Shown: piece after piece, positions 1-10,850 of the stretch
How positions within the stretch are numbered: position 1 is the stretch's first letter
How the letters are laid out: the number at the start of each line of letters is the position of its first letter
Assembly: GCA_944392775.1 (NCBI GenBank)
Contig: CALXXV010000006.1
Span: 20,106-84,105 of the forward strand
Origin: an uncultured Alphaproteobacteria bacterium
GTDB taxonomy: Bacteria; Pseudomonadota; Alphaproteobacteria; Rs-D84
Direction: 5' to 3'
DNA: 64,000 nt
The notes under the pieces: model-generated
What the model was told of the DNA's origin: nothing
Databases searched by the model: none
The model's input: the letters and a program-made list of their open reading frames with translations, nothing else
Position numbers and translations under genes: made by a program

Positions 1-1405
1 CACGTAACAAACGGTCAACCAAAATTTCCAAGTGCAATTCACCTACACCCGCCAAAATTGTCTGACCAGATTCTTCATCAACAGATACACGGAAAGAAGG
101 ATCTTCTTTTGCCAAAGCTTGTAAACCCAAAGACATCTTTTCAATATCTGCTTTTGTTTTTGGCTCAACTGCAATGCTCATAACCGGCTCTGGAATGTGA
201 ATGTTTTCCAAAATAATTGGGTTCGCCTCATCACACAAAGTATCACCAGTAATTGTTTCTTTCATACCAACCAAAGTAACAATATCTCCAGCTGATGCCT
301 CTTTGATTTCTTCACGTTGATTAGAATGCATTAGCAACATACGACCAACACGTTCACGTTTATCACGATTAGAGTTATAAATATAAGAACCAGATGTCAA
401 TTTACCAGAATATATACGAATGAACATCAAGTTACCAACGAACGGGTCATTTGCAACTTTAAATGCCAACGCAGCGAAAGGTTCTTTCGCATCAGGTTTA
501 CGTTCTGCAACCGTTTCACCATCCATCTTTGTACCCTTAATAGCAGGTATATCCAATGGTGATGGCAAGTAATCAACAATCGCATCCAATAATGGTTGAA
601 CACCCTTATTCTTAAATGCTGTACCACACAAAACAGGATTAAAGTTTTGATTAATAGTACCTTTACGAATTAATTGCTTAATAGTGGCAACATCTGGTTT
701 TTTTCCTTCCATATAAGCTTCCATGATATCGTCATCTAATGTAACAACTTCTTCAATCAGCTTATTGTGCAATTCTTCTGCTTTTTCTTTTAAATCTTCT
801 GGTATTTCGATAACATGAGGCTCCTTACCCAAATCATCTTCCCAAACTATCCCGCGCATTTCAACAACATCAACAACACCACGAAAATCTGATTCTGCGC
901 CAATCGGAAAATTTACAACCAATGGATTAGCCCCCAAACGTTCACGGATCATATCAACGCAACGGAAGAAATTACCGCCAATACGATCCATCTTATTTAC
1001 AAAGCAAATACGAGGAACATTATAACGATCAGCCTGACGCCATACAGTTTCTGTCTGAGGCTGTACACCAGATACAGATTCAAAAACAGCAACAGCACCA
1101 TCCAAAACGCGCAACGAGCGTTCTACTTCCATAGTAAAATCAACGTGTCCTGGGGTATCAATTAAATTGATACGATGATCACGCCAGAAGCATGTTGTTG
1201 CAGCAGAAGTAATTGTGATACCACGTTCTTGTTCTTGTTCCATCCAGTCCATAGTGGCGCCACCGTCGTGAACTTCGCCAATCTTATATGTTTTACCGGT
1301 ATAGAAAAGAATACGTTCCGATGTAGTTGTTTTACCTGCGTCAATATGGGCCATAATGCCAATATTACGATACATATTCAAAGGTGCGGTTTTTCCGACT
1401 GACAT
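1..1405 (-). CDS. fusA: Elongation factor G (5' portion; runs off the window start)
   Basis: The reverse strand from ATG at 1405 reads [37 protein letters not shown]...DTPGHVDF. It lies downstream of rpsL-rpsG. Confidence 0.97.
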   Translation of the reverse strand, partial: MSVGKTAPLNMYRNIGIMAHIDAGKTTTSERILFYTGKTYKIGEVHDGGATMDWMEQEQERGITITSAATTCFWRDHRINLIDTPGHVDFTMEVERSLRVLDGAVAVFESVSGVQPQTETVWRQADRYNVPRICFVNKMDRIGGNFFRCVDMIRERLGANPLVVNFPIGAESDFRGVVDVVEMRGIVWEDDLGKEPHVIEIPEDLKEKAEELHNKLIEEVVTLDDDIMEAYMEGKKPDVATIKQLIRKGTINQNFNPVLCGTAFKNKGVQPLLDAIVDYLPSPLDIPAIKGTKMDGETVAERKPDAKEPFAALAFKVANDPFVGNLMFIRIYSGKLTSGSYIYNSNRDKRERVGRMLLMHSNQREEIKEASAGDIVTLVGMKETITGDTLCDEANPIILENIHIPEPVMSIAVEPKTKADIEKMSLGLQALAKEDPSFRVSVDEESGQTILAGVGELHLEILVDRLLR

Positions 1406-1467
1406 GTTATTCTTTCCTTATTTTCTTTTTGTTATTCGCCTGTTTTATTTAATCGTTCTTTAAAAGA

Positions 1468-1941
1468 TTACCAACGGAAGTGAGCAAACGCTTTATTTGC
1501 TTCTGCCATCTTATGAGTATCAATTTTTTTCTTGAACGCACCACCCTGACCATTCAAGGCATCGCGCAATTCACCGAACAATCTATCTTCCATAGAACGT
1601 TCACCACGTTTACGTGCGAACATAACCAACCAACGCAAAGCCAATGTCTGCTGACGTGCAGGTCTTACTTCGACCGGAACCTGATAAGTAGCACCGCCAA
1701 CACGACGACCTTTTACTTCAACAGAAGGTTTTAATGCATCAACAGCCTCCAAGAAAGCTGTCAACTCATCACCGTCTTTTGCTATCTTTTTCAGTTTATC
1801 CAATGCACCATAAACGATATTTTCGGCAACTTCTTTTTTGCCGTCCCACATAACAACATTAATACATTTAGCAACAACCAGATTATTATACTTAGAATCT
1901 GGTAAAATTTCACGTTTTGCTGCACTTTTACGTCTTGACAT
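1468..1941 (-). CDS. rpsG: 30S ribosomal protein S7
   Basis: [14 protein letters not shown] and [15 protein letters not shown] motifs; str operon position. Confidence 0.98.
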   Translation of the reverse strand: MSRRKSAAKREILPDSKYNNLVVAKCINVVMWDGKKEVAENIVYGALDKLKKIAKDGDELTAFLEAVDALKPSVEVKGRRVGGATYQVPVEVRPARQQTLALRWLVMFARKRGERSMEDRLFGELRDALNGQGGAFKKKIDTHKMAEANKAFAHFRW

Positions 1942-2014
1942 TTTATTTCCTTTTTATTTCTTCATCTGGGATTACCCCAAATTACTCACACAGCACCGCT
2001 GCGTGTACAATTAA

Positions 2015-2386
2015 TTATTTTCCAGCTTTTGCACCGTACAAAGAACGCCCCTGCTTTCTGCTTTCAACGCCCTTGGTATCCAAAACACCACGAATAATAT
2101 GATATTTAACACCTGGCAAGTCCTTTACACGACCACCACGTATCATAACAACACTGTGTTCCTGCAAGTTATGACCTTCACCTGGGATATAAGCCGTAAC
2201 TTCACGACCATTAGCCAGTTTAACACGTGCAACCTTACGTTGCGCAGAGTTAGGTTTCTTAGGCGTGGTTGTATACACACGTGTGCAAACACCACGTTTT
2301 TGCGGACATTCCACCATATCAGGTGCCGTACTTTTTACAACGACCTTTTTACGTGGTTTCCGAATCAGTTGATTTACTGTTGGCAT
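2015..2386 (-). CDS. rpsL: 30S ribosomal protein S12
   Basis: [20 protein letters not shown] and [10 protein letters not shown] motifs. Confidence 0.99.
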   Translation of the reverse strand: MPTVNQLIRKPRKKVVVKSTAPDMVECPQKRGVCTRVYTTTPKKPNSAQRKVARVKLANGREVTAYIPGEGHNLQEHSVVMIRGGRVKDLPGVKYHIIRGVLDTKGVESRKQGRSLYGAKAGK

Positions 2387-2534
2387 TCAAAATCTCTTTA
2401 TTTTTTACTACTTTTTATCTGCACAAAAATAGCCTATCAGACTTATTTCAACGGAATTCCCGCGATTATAAATCTGCCAATATATGCCATTTTCTGTGTT
2501 TTTTTCTTTCCTTGTTTACACGGAAAGCGAACAT

Positions 2535-2563
2535 ACTATAATCACGAACCCTAACATTGTCAA
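2535..2563 (-). promoter_or_regulatory. Sigma70-type promoter of the str operon
   Basis: The minus strand reads TTGACA-17 nt-TATAGT about 150 nt upstream of rpsL. Confidence 0.7.
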
Positions 2564-2708
2564 GAAAAATCTAGGTTTTTATATTAAAAAATCTAATAAA
2601 AAACCAATAAAAACAAGCAATCTATCAACAGATAAAAAATGACTTTTTTTTATTTTGTACAACAAAAAAGAATTTTTCACAAAAAAAACTAATACCTCAA
2701 CACTTTAA

Positions 2709-3488
2709 TTAAAACACAACCGCAAACTCTGCGCCAAATTTCCAGTCATCATCAGGTAGTATTTCGCTATGATCACTATTTTTCGTTTTAAAATGATATT
2801 TAATATACGGATGAACAGAAGCATTATCAGACATATTATAAACAAGCCCTAATTTTATTGACCTATCATACAAAGTTACAGGCGCTTCTATTTCTTTAAA
2901 CTTAAAATTAAATTCTGCCTTAGTAGCCAGCGCATCAGAAAAATAATACATACCTTCAAGAGTCAAACCGACATTCCAAAAATTTTTAGGTTCTGCAAAA
3001 ACAAATTGTCCCGTCACTTTTGCTGCCCATTGAAAAGCATCACCTGCTATACCATGAATACGAATACCTGCATCAAAATTATTATTCCCTATTCTTTCAT
3101 CTGTTTTTGCATTTTTAGTCCAAGCAATTCCGTAATCAGCAGACAAATCCAATTTAAAACCGTCGTAAGTTAAAACCTTGTAACTAAGTCCGACTTGAGA
3201 ATCAGCATAATCGTTTCCTGTGCTAAAAGACACAGTCCAGTCATTTAAGAACGTATAATCAATCTCTACCCCCAACTCATCTACTGTTCCAGAAGGAATG
3301 TCATCATGCCCTGTACCAGACCTATTAGCCCCTGTTTTAAACTCTGCCCCAAAAGTTGCCGAAAATTCTTTATCTTCGGTTAATCTACTAACATCAGAAA
3401 TACCATTTGCTTTTGAAAAATCTGGGTAAAGAATTAACGAAGCAAAAATAACTATAAGAAATTTTTTATTCAGCATGCATAACACCAT
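2709..3488 (-). CDS. Putative outer-membrane beta-barrel protein
   Basis: Signal peptide, alternating amphipathic strands and C-terminal FGAEFAVVF beta-signal. Resembles the neighbour at 3610-4377. Confidence 0.7.
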   Translation of the reverse strand: MVLCMLNKKFLIVIFASLILYPDFSKANGISDVSRLTEDKEFSATFGAEFKTGANRSGTGHDDIPSGTVDELGVEIDYTFLNDWTVSFSTGNDYADSQVGLSYKVLTYDGFKLDLSADYGIAWTKNAKTDERIGNNNFDAGIRIHGIAGDAFQWAAKVTGQFVFAEPKNFWNVGLTLEGMYYFSDALATKAEFNFKFKEIEAPVTLYDRSIKLGLVYNMSDNASVHPYIKYHFKTKNSDHSEILPDDDWKFGAEFAVVF

Positions 3489-3563
3489 AAGTTGTCAAAT
3501 AAAATGTTGCCATAACTACTTATAAAAATTCCACAGGAAGTAAATCACACATCAAAAAAATAA

Positions 3564-3589
3564 ATAACCCGACCACAAAGTCGGGTTAT
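3564..3589 (-). terminator. Intrinsic terminator
   Basis: ATAACCCGAC-N6-GTCGGGTTAT hairpin followed by a T-rich tract on the minus strand. Confidence 0.7.
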
Positions 3590-3609
3590 ATTATTCCATT
3601 TTCATAAAT

Positions 3610-4377
3610 TTAGAACTGGATACCAAATTTAGCACCAAAACCGAAACCGTCAGCAATTGTCCACTGACCTGCGCCAGTATGAGTCATTTCTTTTGTCATA
3701 TAAATGCCAAGGAATTTGTTATCGTCAATATTATAATTGGCACCTAACTTACCTTCCCATGTACCAGCATTTTCTACTCTATCGTCCATAATGCCTGTAT
3801 ATTCAGCACCCGCCAATAAAGACCAATTGTCATTCAAAGCAAAGAATGCATCTAGCCCCATGCTAATTAGATGAAGACCGTCATCACCCCAATTGAAAGA
3901 TTCAGTATTTACATAATCAAATGCTACATGTCCTGCAACAGTCCATGTTTCTGTCATATAACCAGCACGAACGCCGATATTCCAATTATACCAAGTTAAG
4001 TCTTTGTCCATAAAACTTGCGTCATATGCCCAAACAGGTCCTACACCATAACTGCCATAAACATCTGCTTTCCAATTAGCCATATCAAGCAAACGATAAT
4101 TTACACCAATTCCCAATGTACCCCAATCTGATTGATCAAACCAATTATTTTCGGACATGGTCATTGCAATACCAACCGCCAATCTATCTGTAATACCATA
4201 ACCGAACTCTTCTGACAAACCAACAGTTGTTGTAGAATTTGTATCAGAAGACAATCCTGTCATGCTATAAAAATTTCCCTGGTCTGGACGATACAAAGGA
4301 TTATCATTAATAACAGCAGCATTTGCGCCCGACACAGCAAAAACAGCTAACAAAGATGTTAAAAATATTTTTTTCAT
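3610..4377 (-). CDS. Putative outer-membrane beta-barrel protein (possibly a major OMP)
   Basis: MKKIFLTSLLAVFAVSGANA signal peptide, aromatic amphipathic strands and C-terminal FGAKFGIQF. Confidence 0.75.
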   Translation of the reverse strand: MKKIFLTSLLAVFAVSGANAAVINDNPLYRPDQGNFYSMTGLSSDTNSTTTVGLSEEFGYGITDRLAVGIAMTMSENNWFDQSDWGTLGIGVNYRLLDMANWKADVYGSYGVGPVWAYDASFMDKDLTWYNWNIGVRAGYMTETWTVAGHVAFDYVNTESFNWGDDGLHLISMGLDAFFALNDNWSLLAGAEYTGIMDDRVENAGTWEGKLGANYNIDDNKFLGIYMTKEMTHTGAGQWTIADGFGFGAKFGIQF

Positions 4378-4629
4378 TCTCTATCCTTTCGTTGAGTTTA
4401 ATAAAACTAGAAAATAATTTATCTAGCTAGGAATATTTTAGCTTGTAAAACTAGCCATTTTCAAGCTAAAAGATTTTTGCAAAAAGCCCGAAAATATGCT
4501 ATAATTAGGCAAATTTGGTTTCGGTTTTCATTCCTATTGACACATAAAAAGCGCGGATTTTCTAACAATAAATTACACAAAAAAAAATTATTACGCTAAA
4601 AAAATGATTAAATATTTTAATAAACGCTT

Positions 4630-5643
4630 TTAATTATCGTTTTTCATCTTTTTTATTACACGCCAATCAGCATGATTTTTCATATGTTCTTTATAAGATT
4701 TTGCAAACTTATGCCCTCCATTTCCATCAGCAACAAAAAATAAATAATTTGTATCTGCTGGCTGCAACACCGCTTTTATTGCATCCATACCTACATTAGC
4801 AATAGGTGCTGGCGGTAATCCATAATTTATATAAGTATTATAAGGACTTTTTATCTTTAAATGCCCACGTAACAACGGTGCCCCCCGCATATCACCCAAA
4901 CCTTTTGTAACTGCATAAACAACTGTTGGATCTGCTTGCAATCTCATATTTTTCTTTAATCTATTTAAATAAACACTTGAAACTATAGGCATCTCTGAAG
5001 TTTTCGGTGTTTCTTTTTGAACAATTGAAGCCAAGGTAATTATTTCATTCCAGCTTTTTAATGGTACAGGCATTATTTGACCTGATCGGCGCCAATTATT
5101 TTCTATCTCTTGCATTTTTTTTCTCATCAAATCTAACAAGGCTAATCTAGAAGTACCCTTTGCAACCGTATAAGTATCCGGAAACAAATCACCATCATGT
5201 AAATCACAAACAGGTAAAACAGTCCCTTTTCCACACTCCACATCACCTATTAAAAAATTATTTTCAGCTAATAAAGCTTTTATTTGTTTAACGGTTAAAC
5301 CTTCCGGAACAACTATTGTTATCGTCGCAACATCACCGTCAGCAAACATTCTAGCGATTTTCCACACACTACTTCCAACAGAAATATCATATTTACCGGT
5401 CTGAATTTTACCCCCGTTACCACGTACAGCCAACTTAAATAAAGGAATCGAATCGATTATTTTATTTTCATATAATTGCTTTGCTATTGCGGACACGGTT
5501 TCTCCACGTCCGATTTCAAAAGTCACATCCCTTTTTATCGGAGATTTTATACCGAATAAAAAAATAAAAACGAACGCCAAGACAGCGGCAAACACACAAA
5601 AAAACCGAATTAAATTATTTCTGGGAATATTTCTTTTTTTCAT
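4630..5643 (-). CDS. mltG: Endolytic transglycosylase MltG
   Basis: LASIVQKET, LQADPTVVY and SPYNTY..GLPPAPIAN motifs; N-terminal TM. Confidence 0.95.
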   Translation of the reverse strand: MKKRNIPRNNLIRFFCVFAAVLAFVFIFLFGIKSPIKRDVTFEIGRGETVSAIAKQLYENKIIDSIPLFKLAVRGNGGKIQTGKYDISVGSSVWKIARMFADGDVATITIVVPEGLTVKQIKALLAENNFLIGDVECGKGTVLPVCDLHDGDLFPDTYTVAKGTSRLALLDLMRKKMQEIENNWRRSGQIMPVPLKSWNEIITLASIVQKETPKTSEMPIVSSVYLNRLKKNMRLQADPTVVYAVTKGLGDMRGAPLLRGHLKIKSPYNTYINYGLPPAPIANVGMDAIKAVLQPADTNYLFFVADGNGGHKFAKSYKEHMKNHADWRVIKKMKNDN

Positions 5644-5718
5644 TTCTTTTTAATTATTACAAATTAAAAAAAATTTGCAAAATAATAAATCATTGTTTTG
5701 CTAAATACAAAAAAAACA

Positions 5719-5795
<77 letters not shown>

Positions 5796-5915
5796 AATTT
5801 GTGGTCAAATTATGCACTTGCCGGAACAAAAAATCAACATTTTTATGTTTTATTTTTCTTTTACTTATGAAAATTATCTGCAATACTTTCCTTCAAACAA
5901 GTAAAAAGGTATAAA

Positions 5916-7598
5916 ATGTTTGCTTTAAAATTTCTTAAAAAAAATAAATTTGATAATTATGAAGACTATAAAACCAATGGGGTTCCGCAAATACCGGATA
6001 ATTTTAATTTCTCTTACGACGTAATAGACGTACTTGCAAAAGAAGACCCGAACAAAGTCGCATTAATATGGACAAATGATAACAATGAAAAAAAATCTTT
6101 TACATTTAAAGACTTGTCAGAAATGTCAAATGCAGTTGCAAATTTTCTGACATCCAAAGGATTAAAAAAAGGAGATACTGTACTTTTGTTTTTACGTCGT
6201 CGTTGGGAATATTGGATTCTTATGCTGGCCATGCATAAACTTGGCGTAATTCCAATTCCATCAACTAATCAACTAAAAGCAGAAGATATTGAATACAGAA
6301 TTCAGCAAGCCGATGTAAAAGCTATAATTGCCTTTGACGATGGACATATTATCAACGAAATAAAGAATGCGATAAAAGATAAAAATATACAACTAATAAA
6401 CAATGACGAAGTTGCAAACTCTATATTGATAATGCCCAAAACAATCGAAAGAATACCGAATGATAACACAGATACAATGGTGATTTATTTTACTAGTGGA
6501 ACAACTGACTTACCGAAAATGGTTGCCCATAATTTCACATATCCACTAGGCCATATAAATACGGCTGTTTTTTGGCAAAGGTTACGCGAAAACGATATTC
6601 ATTTTACTTTATCTGAATCCGGTTGGGCAAAATGTTCTTGGGGGAAAATGTATGGTCAGTGGTTAGCTGGGGCAACGGTTTTTGTTTTTGACTTTGCAGG
6701 TATTGCAACCGCACACGATTTATTAAAAGCAATTTCAGAGAATCATATAACATCTTTTTGTGCTCCGCCAACAGTATATAAGATGCTAATTCATGCTGAC
6801 TTTTCAAAATACGACTTATCTTCTTTAAAAAAAGCAGATATTGCAGGCGAAGCATTAAATCCAGAAGTTTTTGAACGCTTCCTTGAACTTACAGGTATAA
6901 AACTCCACGAAGGCTTCGGACAAACAGAAACATGTGTTATGCTATTTTGCAATGAATGGATTGAACCCAAACCCGGCAGTATGGGAGTGCCTGCTGCAGG
7001 ATGGGATATACAACTATTAGACGAAAGTGGTCGCCCTGTCCCAGACGGTACAGTTGGAGAAATATGTGTTTCATTAAAAAAAGAACGACCGACTGGGCTT
7101 TTCCAAGGCTATCATAAAAACGACAAACTTACATCACAAGTATTTCGTGACGGATATTATCATACTGGTGACGTCGCATATCGCGATTCGGATGGTTATT
7201 ATTGGTTTGTAGGAAGAAACGATGATTTAATAAAAACATCTGGTTATCGCGTAAGCCCGTTTGAAGTAGAAAGTGTATTACTGGAACATCCTGCTGTTCG
7301 CGAAGTTGCTGTAACTGGTATACCGGACCCATCACGTGGAATGGCAGTAAAAGCAACAATCGTTTTAAACAAATATTTTCAACCAACCGATGTTTTAACA
7401 CGCCAATTACAAGATCATGTAAGAAGTCGTACTGCTTCATATAAGTATCCACGAGTAATAGAATTCGTAGATAGTTTACCAATGACAATTAGTGGTAAGA
7501 TTCGTCGCGCTTTAATTCGTACATTAGATAGTGCCAAAAACACTATTATTGAACCTATAAAAAGCACAATAGGACTTAGCAAAGAAGACGAAAAATAA
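5916..7598 (+). CDS. AMP-forming acyl-CoA (acetyl-CoA-like) synthetase
   Basis: YFTSGTTDLPK AMP-binding motif, EGFGQTE, YHTGD, GRNDD and TISGKIRR. Confidence 0.92.
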   Translation: MFALKFLKKNKFDNYEDYKTNGVPQIPDNFNFSYDVIDVLAKEDPNKVALIWTNDNNEKKSFTFKDLSEMSNAVANFLTSKGLKKGDTVLLFLRRRWEYWILMLAMHKLGVIPIPSTNQLKAEDIEYRIQQADVKAIIAFDDGHIINEIKNAIKDKNIQLINNDEVANSILIMPKTIERIPNDNTDTMVIYFTSGTTDLPKMVAHNFTYPLGHINTAVFWQRLRENDIHFTLSESGWAKCSWGKMYGQWLAGATVFVFDFAGIATAHDLLKAISENHITSFCAPPTVYKMLIHADFSKYDLSSLKKADIAGEALNPEVFERFLELTGIKLHEGFGQTETCVMLFCNEWIEPKPGSMGVPAAGWDIQLLDESGRPVPDGTVGEICVSLKKERPTGLFQGYHKNDKLTSQVFRDGYYHTGDVAYRDSDGYYWFVGRNDDLIKTSGYRVSPFEVESVLLEHPAVREVAVTGIPDPSRGMAVKATIVLNKYFQPTDVLTRQLQDHVRSRTASYKYPRVIEFVDSLPMTISGKIRRALIRTLDSAKNTIIEPIKSTIGLSKEDEK

Positions 7599-7610
7599 AA
7601 TAAACATCAT

Positions 7611-7642
7611 ATAAAAATGCGGGATAAATCCCGCATTTTTAT
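7611..7642. terminator. Bidirectional intrinsic terminator
   Basis: ATAAAAATGCGGGA-TAAA-TCCCGCATTTTTAT between convergent genes. Confidence 0.85.
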
Positions 7643-7660
7643 TAAAAACAAATATTATTT

Positions 7661-8914
7661 TTACTTTTCAAACTTTTTCAAAATTAAACTCGCATTTGTT
7701 CCACCGAAACCGAATGAATTGCTTAACGCAACATTTACTTCACGTTTCTGTGCTTTATTAGGTACCAAATTAAAATCACCAACTTCGTCTTCTGGATCTT
7801 GCAAATTAATCGTTGGCGGTACAATACCGTCACGAATCGCCAGAACACAGAATATAGCTTCTACAGCCCCAGCAGCCCCTAACAAATGTCCTGTCATAGA
7901 TTTTGTTGAAGACATACATACATCTGTACCATCAAAAAGCTTTTTTACCGCGGCTAATTCACCGATATCACCAAGTCCCGTAGATGTACCATGAGCATTT
8001 ATATAATCAACATCTTTCGATTCCATACCTGCATCTTTTAAAGCGGCCTGCATCGCTCTCATTCCTCCTTCTCCTTCTGGGGCTGGCGCAGTAATATGAT
8101 ACGCATCACCAGACAAACCATACCCCGCAACTTCTGCATAAATTTTCGCACCACGTGCAACCGCATGTTCATATTCTTCCAGCACTAAAATACCAGCCCC
8201 TTCTGCCATAACGAAACCGTCACGATTTTTATCCCAAGGGCGAGATGCACCGGCAGGGTCGTCATTACGAGTACTTAAAGCCTTCATCGCACAGAATCCA
8301 GCGACACCGATTTTACCGACAGCACCTTCTGCCCCACCAGCTAACATAATATCAGCATCGCCATGTTGAATAAGCCGAACCGCTTCTCCAATAGAATGAG
8401 CTGCCGATGCACATGCAGTTACAACAGATAAATTTGGTCCTTTTAATCCGTATCTTATGGATATATGACCGGCAGTCATATTTATAATGGCCTTAGGAAT
8501 AAAGAAAGGACTTATACGACGCGGTCCACCAGTATAAAGCTCTACACAATTATCATAAATCGTATTTAATCCGCCGATTCCGGCACCAACGGAAACGCCT
8601 ATTCGATTTTTATCACCGTCATAATCTATTAATCCCGCATCACGAATAGCTTCATCTGCCGCAACAACACCGTATAAAATGGATTTGTCCATTTTACGTT
8701 GTTCTCTTGCATCAACAATACTATCAGGATTATATTGCCCTGGTTCTGTACCAATTACCGGCAACCCCGCAATCTGAGAATTCAAATCTGACACATCAAA
8801 CGTATCTATTTTACGAACGCCAGAAACACCATTTATAATATTATTCCATGCATATTCAAGCCCAGTTCCCACAGGAGATACAATACCCATACCGGTAATA
8901 ACGACTCTTTTCAT
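7661..8914 (-). CDS. fabF: Beta-ketoacyl-ACP synthase II
   Basis: TACAS catalytic Cys, NAHGTST, GHLLGAAG and SNSFGFGGTN. Confidence 0.97.
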   Translation of the reverse strand: MKRVVITGMGIVSPVGTGLEYAWNNIINGVSGVRKIDTFDVSDLNSQIAGLPVIGTEPGQYNPDSIVDAREQRKMDKSILYGVVAADEAIRDAGLIDYDGDKNRIGVSVGAGIGGLNTIYDNCVELYTGGPRRISPFFIPKAIINMTAGHISIRYGLKGPNLSVVTACASAAHSIGEAVRLIQHGDADIMLAGGAEGAVGKIGVAGFCAMKALSTRNDDPAGASRPWDKNRDGFVMAEGAGILVLEEYEHAVARGAKIYAEVAGYGLSGDAYHITAPAPEGEGGMRAMQAALKDAGMESKDVDYINAHGTSTGLGDIGELAAVKKLFDGTDVCMSSTKSMTGHLLGAAGAVEAIFCVLAIRDGIVPPTINLQDPEDEVGDFNLVPNKAQKREVNVALSNSFGFGGTNASLILKKFEK

Positions 8915-9048
8915 ACTATTCTTCCTTTATAAAAATTCAACATTGCTACAATATATAATAAAATGTTTTACCTTAAACGTACAGAAAAAAATCCGCCATT
9001 ACAAAAAATGCTATGACGGATTCATTTGATTAAAGATTCACCATAAAA

Positions 9049-9282
9049 TTATTTCTGATGTTCTTCAATATATTTAACAGCATCACCAACTGTAGCCAAC
9101 TTAGCAGCTTCTTCATCAGGAATAGTGATATCAAATTCTTTTTCTACTTCCATAACGAATTCTACAACATCCAAAGAATCCGCACCCAAATCGTTTACGA
9201 AAGAAGCTTCTTCTGTAACTTTTGCTTCTGGAACACCCAATTTTTCAGCAACGATTTTTTTTACTTTTTCAAAAGTTGTCAT
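9049..9282 (-). CDS. acpP: Acyl carrier protein
   Basis: [11 protein letters not shown] phosphopantetheine site; adjacent to fabF. Confidence 0.98.
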   Translation of the reverse strand: MTTFEKVKKIVAEKLGVPEAKVTEEASFVNDLGADSLDVVEFVMEVEKEFDITIPDEEAAKLATVGDAVKYIEEHQK

Positions 9283-9405
9283 ATTTTATCCTTTGTTTCA
9301 GTTAAATTTTTGGCTCAAACACGAGCGTCATTATTAAAACCTATCATTTTATGCAGACAGTGTCAAGAATTTATAACAAATTATAACAGAAGTTAAAATT
9401 TTTTC

Positions 9406-10404
9406 TTATGCTAAAACATCTTCTAACAGCGTGTTCATATTCATTCTGACTTCTTCCTTATCAGACGCCCAAACAAGTTTACGCATTAAAAATTTATATA
9501 CATCATCCATTGTTAAATTATCAATACCGACCTTTTTTACCAAATGTTTCCATGCCAGTCTAGGATCCGTTAAATGTCCTCTTCCTCTTCCGGGGAACAC
9601 CCACTTTCCATCTTGGGGTAAATTTTCTAATACAACAACCGCAGCATCAGTAAGTGGCTTATTTTTCCACATATAATGATTAAAATCTAAATCCCCCCAT
9701 TGCATAGAAAAAATTTTTGATTTTGGTGCAAAACCATAAACCAACATTAAGAAAGCAGATCTAACCGTTTGATTTTCTTCTTTTTCTATGGCGCGGACCA
9801 ATTTTTGCAATCCGGCTTTATTCAAGGGTCGAACACGACGATTCTGTTCTATTTTTGGCAAATTAACAATTGGATTTTGTTTTATATAACCTAAATCAAC
9901 AGCATATTTAAAAATACTTTGTAATAATTCCTGCATACGCCCTGCTATTGCCTTACCTTCTATATTATTTATTACCGAAACAACATCTTGTGACATAATT
10001 TCTGAAAGGTTTCTATCCAATAAAATTTTTAAATGTCTTTGTATTGCCCGTTCCAATTTATCTTTCGAATATCCTTTACGCTTTACCCGATTCGCCATAT
10101 ATATATTCAAAAACTTTTCAAAAGATATTTTTTTATTACGAACAACCCTTTTCTTAATCGCATTTTCTAAAATTTCCTGTACAGCATTTCTTGCTGTTTC
10201 AATATCAACATCAGGATAATTACCTATTATTATTCTTTTATCTTTACCGTTTATACGCTTTCTGACAAAGAAACTTTTTACACCATGACTAGTTATATAC
10301 AAGCGCAATCTTGGTTCTGATATATCTTGCACGACATCAAATCCAGAACTTGGTACCGGCAAGTTATCTAATATAAACGGGTTAAAAAAGAATTGATGCG
10401 CCAT
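9406..10404 (-). CDS. P4-type integrase-like protein (arm-binding and core-binding domains, degenerate catalytic domain)
   Basis: N-terminal LRLYITSHGVKSF..R.RING...IG.YPDV.I..AR arm-DNA-binding motif, FKYAV..GYI..NP, W.DLDF and WVFP motifs. Catalytic motifs are altered. Confidence 0.75.
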   Translation of the reverse strand: MAHQFFFNPFILDNLPVPSSGFDVVQDISEPRLRLYITSHGVKSFFVRKRINGKDKRIIIGNYPDVDIETARNAVQEILENAIKKRVVRNKKISFEKFLNIYMANRVKRKGYSKDKLERAIQRHLKILLDRNLSEIMSQDVVSVINNIEGKAIAGRMQELLQSIFKYAVDLGYIKQNPIVNLPKIEQNRRVRPLNKAGLQKLVRAIEKEENQTVRSAFLMLVYGFAPKSKIFSMQWGDLDFNHYMWKNKPLTDAAVVVLENLPQDGKWVFPGRGRGHLTDPRLAWKHLVKKVGIDNLTMDDVYKFLMRKLVWASDKEEVRMNMNTLLEDVLA

Positions 10405-10414
10405 TTTAATATTT

Positions 10415-10828
10415 TTATTTTTTTGCTTCTTTCAATTTATTTTCCCAAAAATGATTTTTCATATTTTTTAAGCGTTTATACTTATCTCTAGCTTCATAAT
10501 AAGCTAAATTTTTATTAAAATTCTTACAATTTTTATTTTCACAAACTTCGCTTGTAAAAAATTTAGGGCAAAAATGCCTATAGAAATAAAAAATGAAAAT
10601 ATCGCTATCATCATTACTTTTACTATACTCAACCCATGTTACAACGCAGCCATTTGAAGGCATAAAATCAGAATCTTTTCCACCGCAATCAACAACCAAA
10701 TCATCATATTTTATTTTACAAATTTTATACATATCGTGACATAACTTATTTAAATTCCTATATTCCTCTAAAGATTTTTCTACTTTCAGCGGGAATTTAA
10801 TAAAATATCTAAAAAAATCTACAAACAT
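10415..10828 (-). CDS. Hypothetical Cys/Lys-rich protein
   Basis: 137-aa ORF packed between lepA and the integrase-like gene, with an AAGGGG RBS. Confidence 0.6.
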   Translation of the reverse strand: MFVDFFRYFIKFPLKVEKSLEEYRNLNKLCHDMYKICKIKYDDLVVDCGGKDSDFMPSNGCVVTWVEYSKSNDDSDIFIFYFYRHFCPKFFTSEVCENKNCKNFNKNLAYYEARDKYKRLKNMKNHFWENKLKEAKK

Positions 10829-10850
10829 AAAAAACCCCTTAAAATTACAA

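Noticed and set aside
9406-10404. Active genomic island integrated at tRNA-Pro
   Set aside because: Catalytic residues are missing, no duplicated tRNA 3' end (att) was seen, and core genes acpP and fabF lie between the two.
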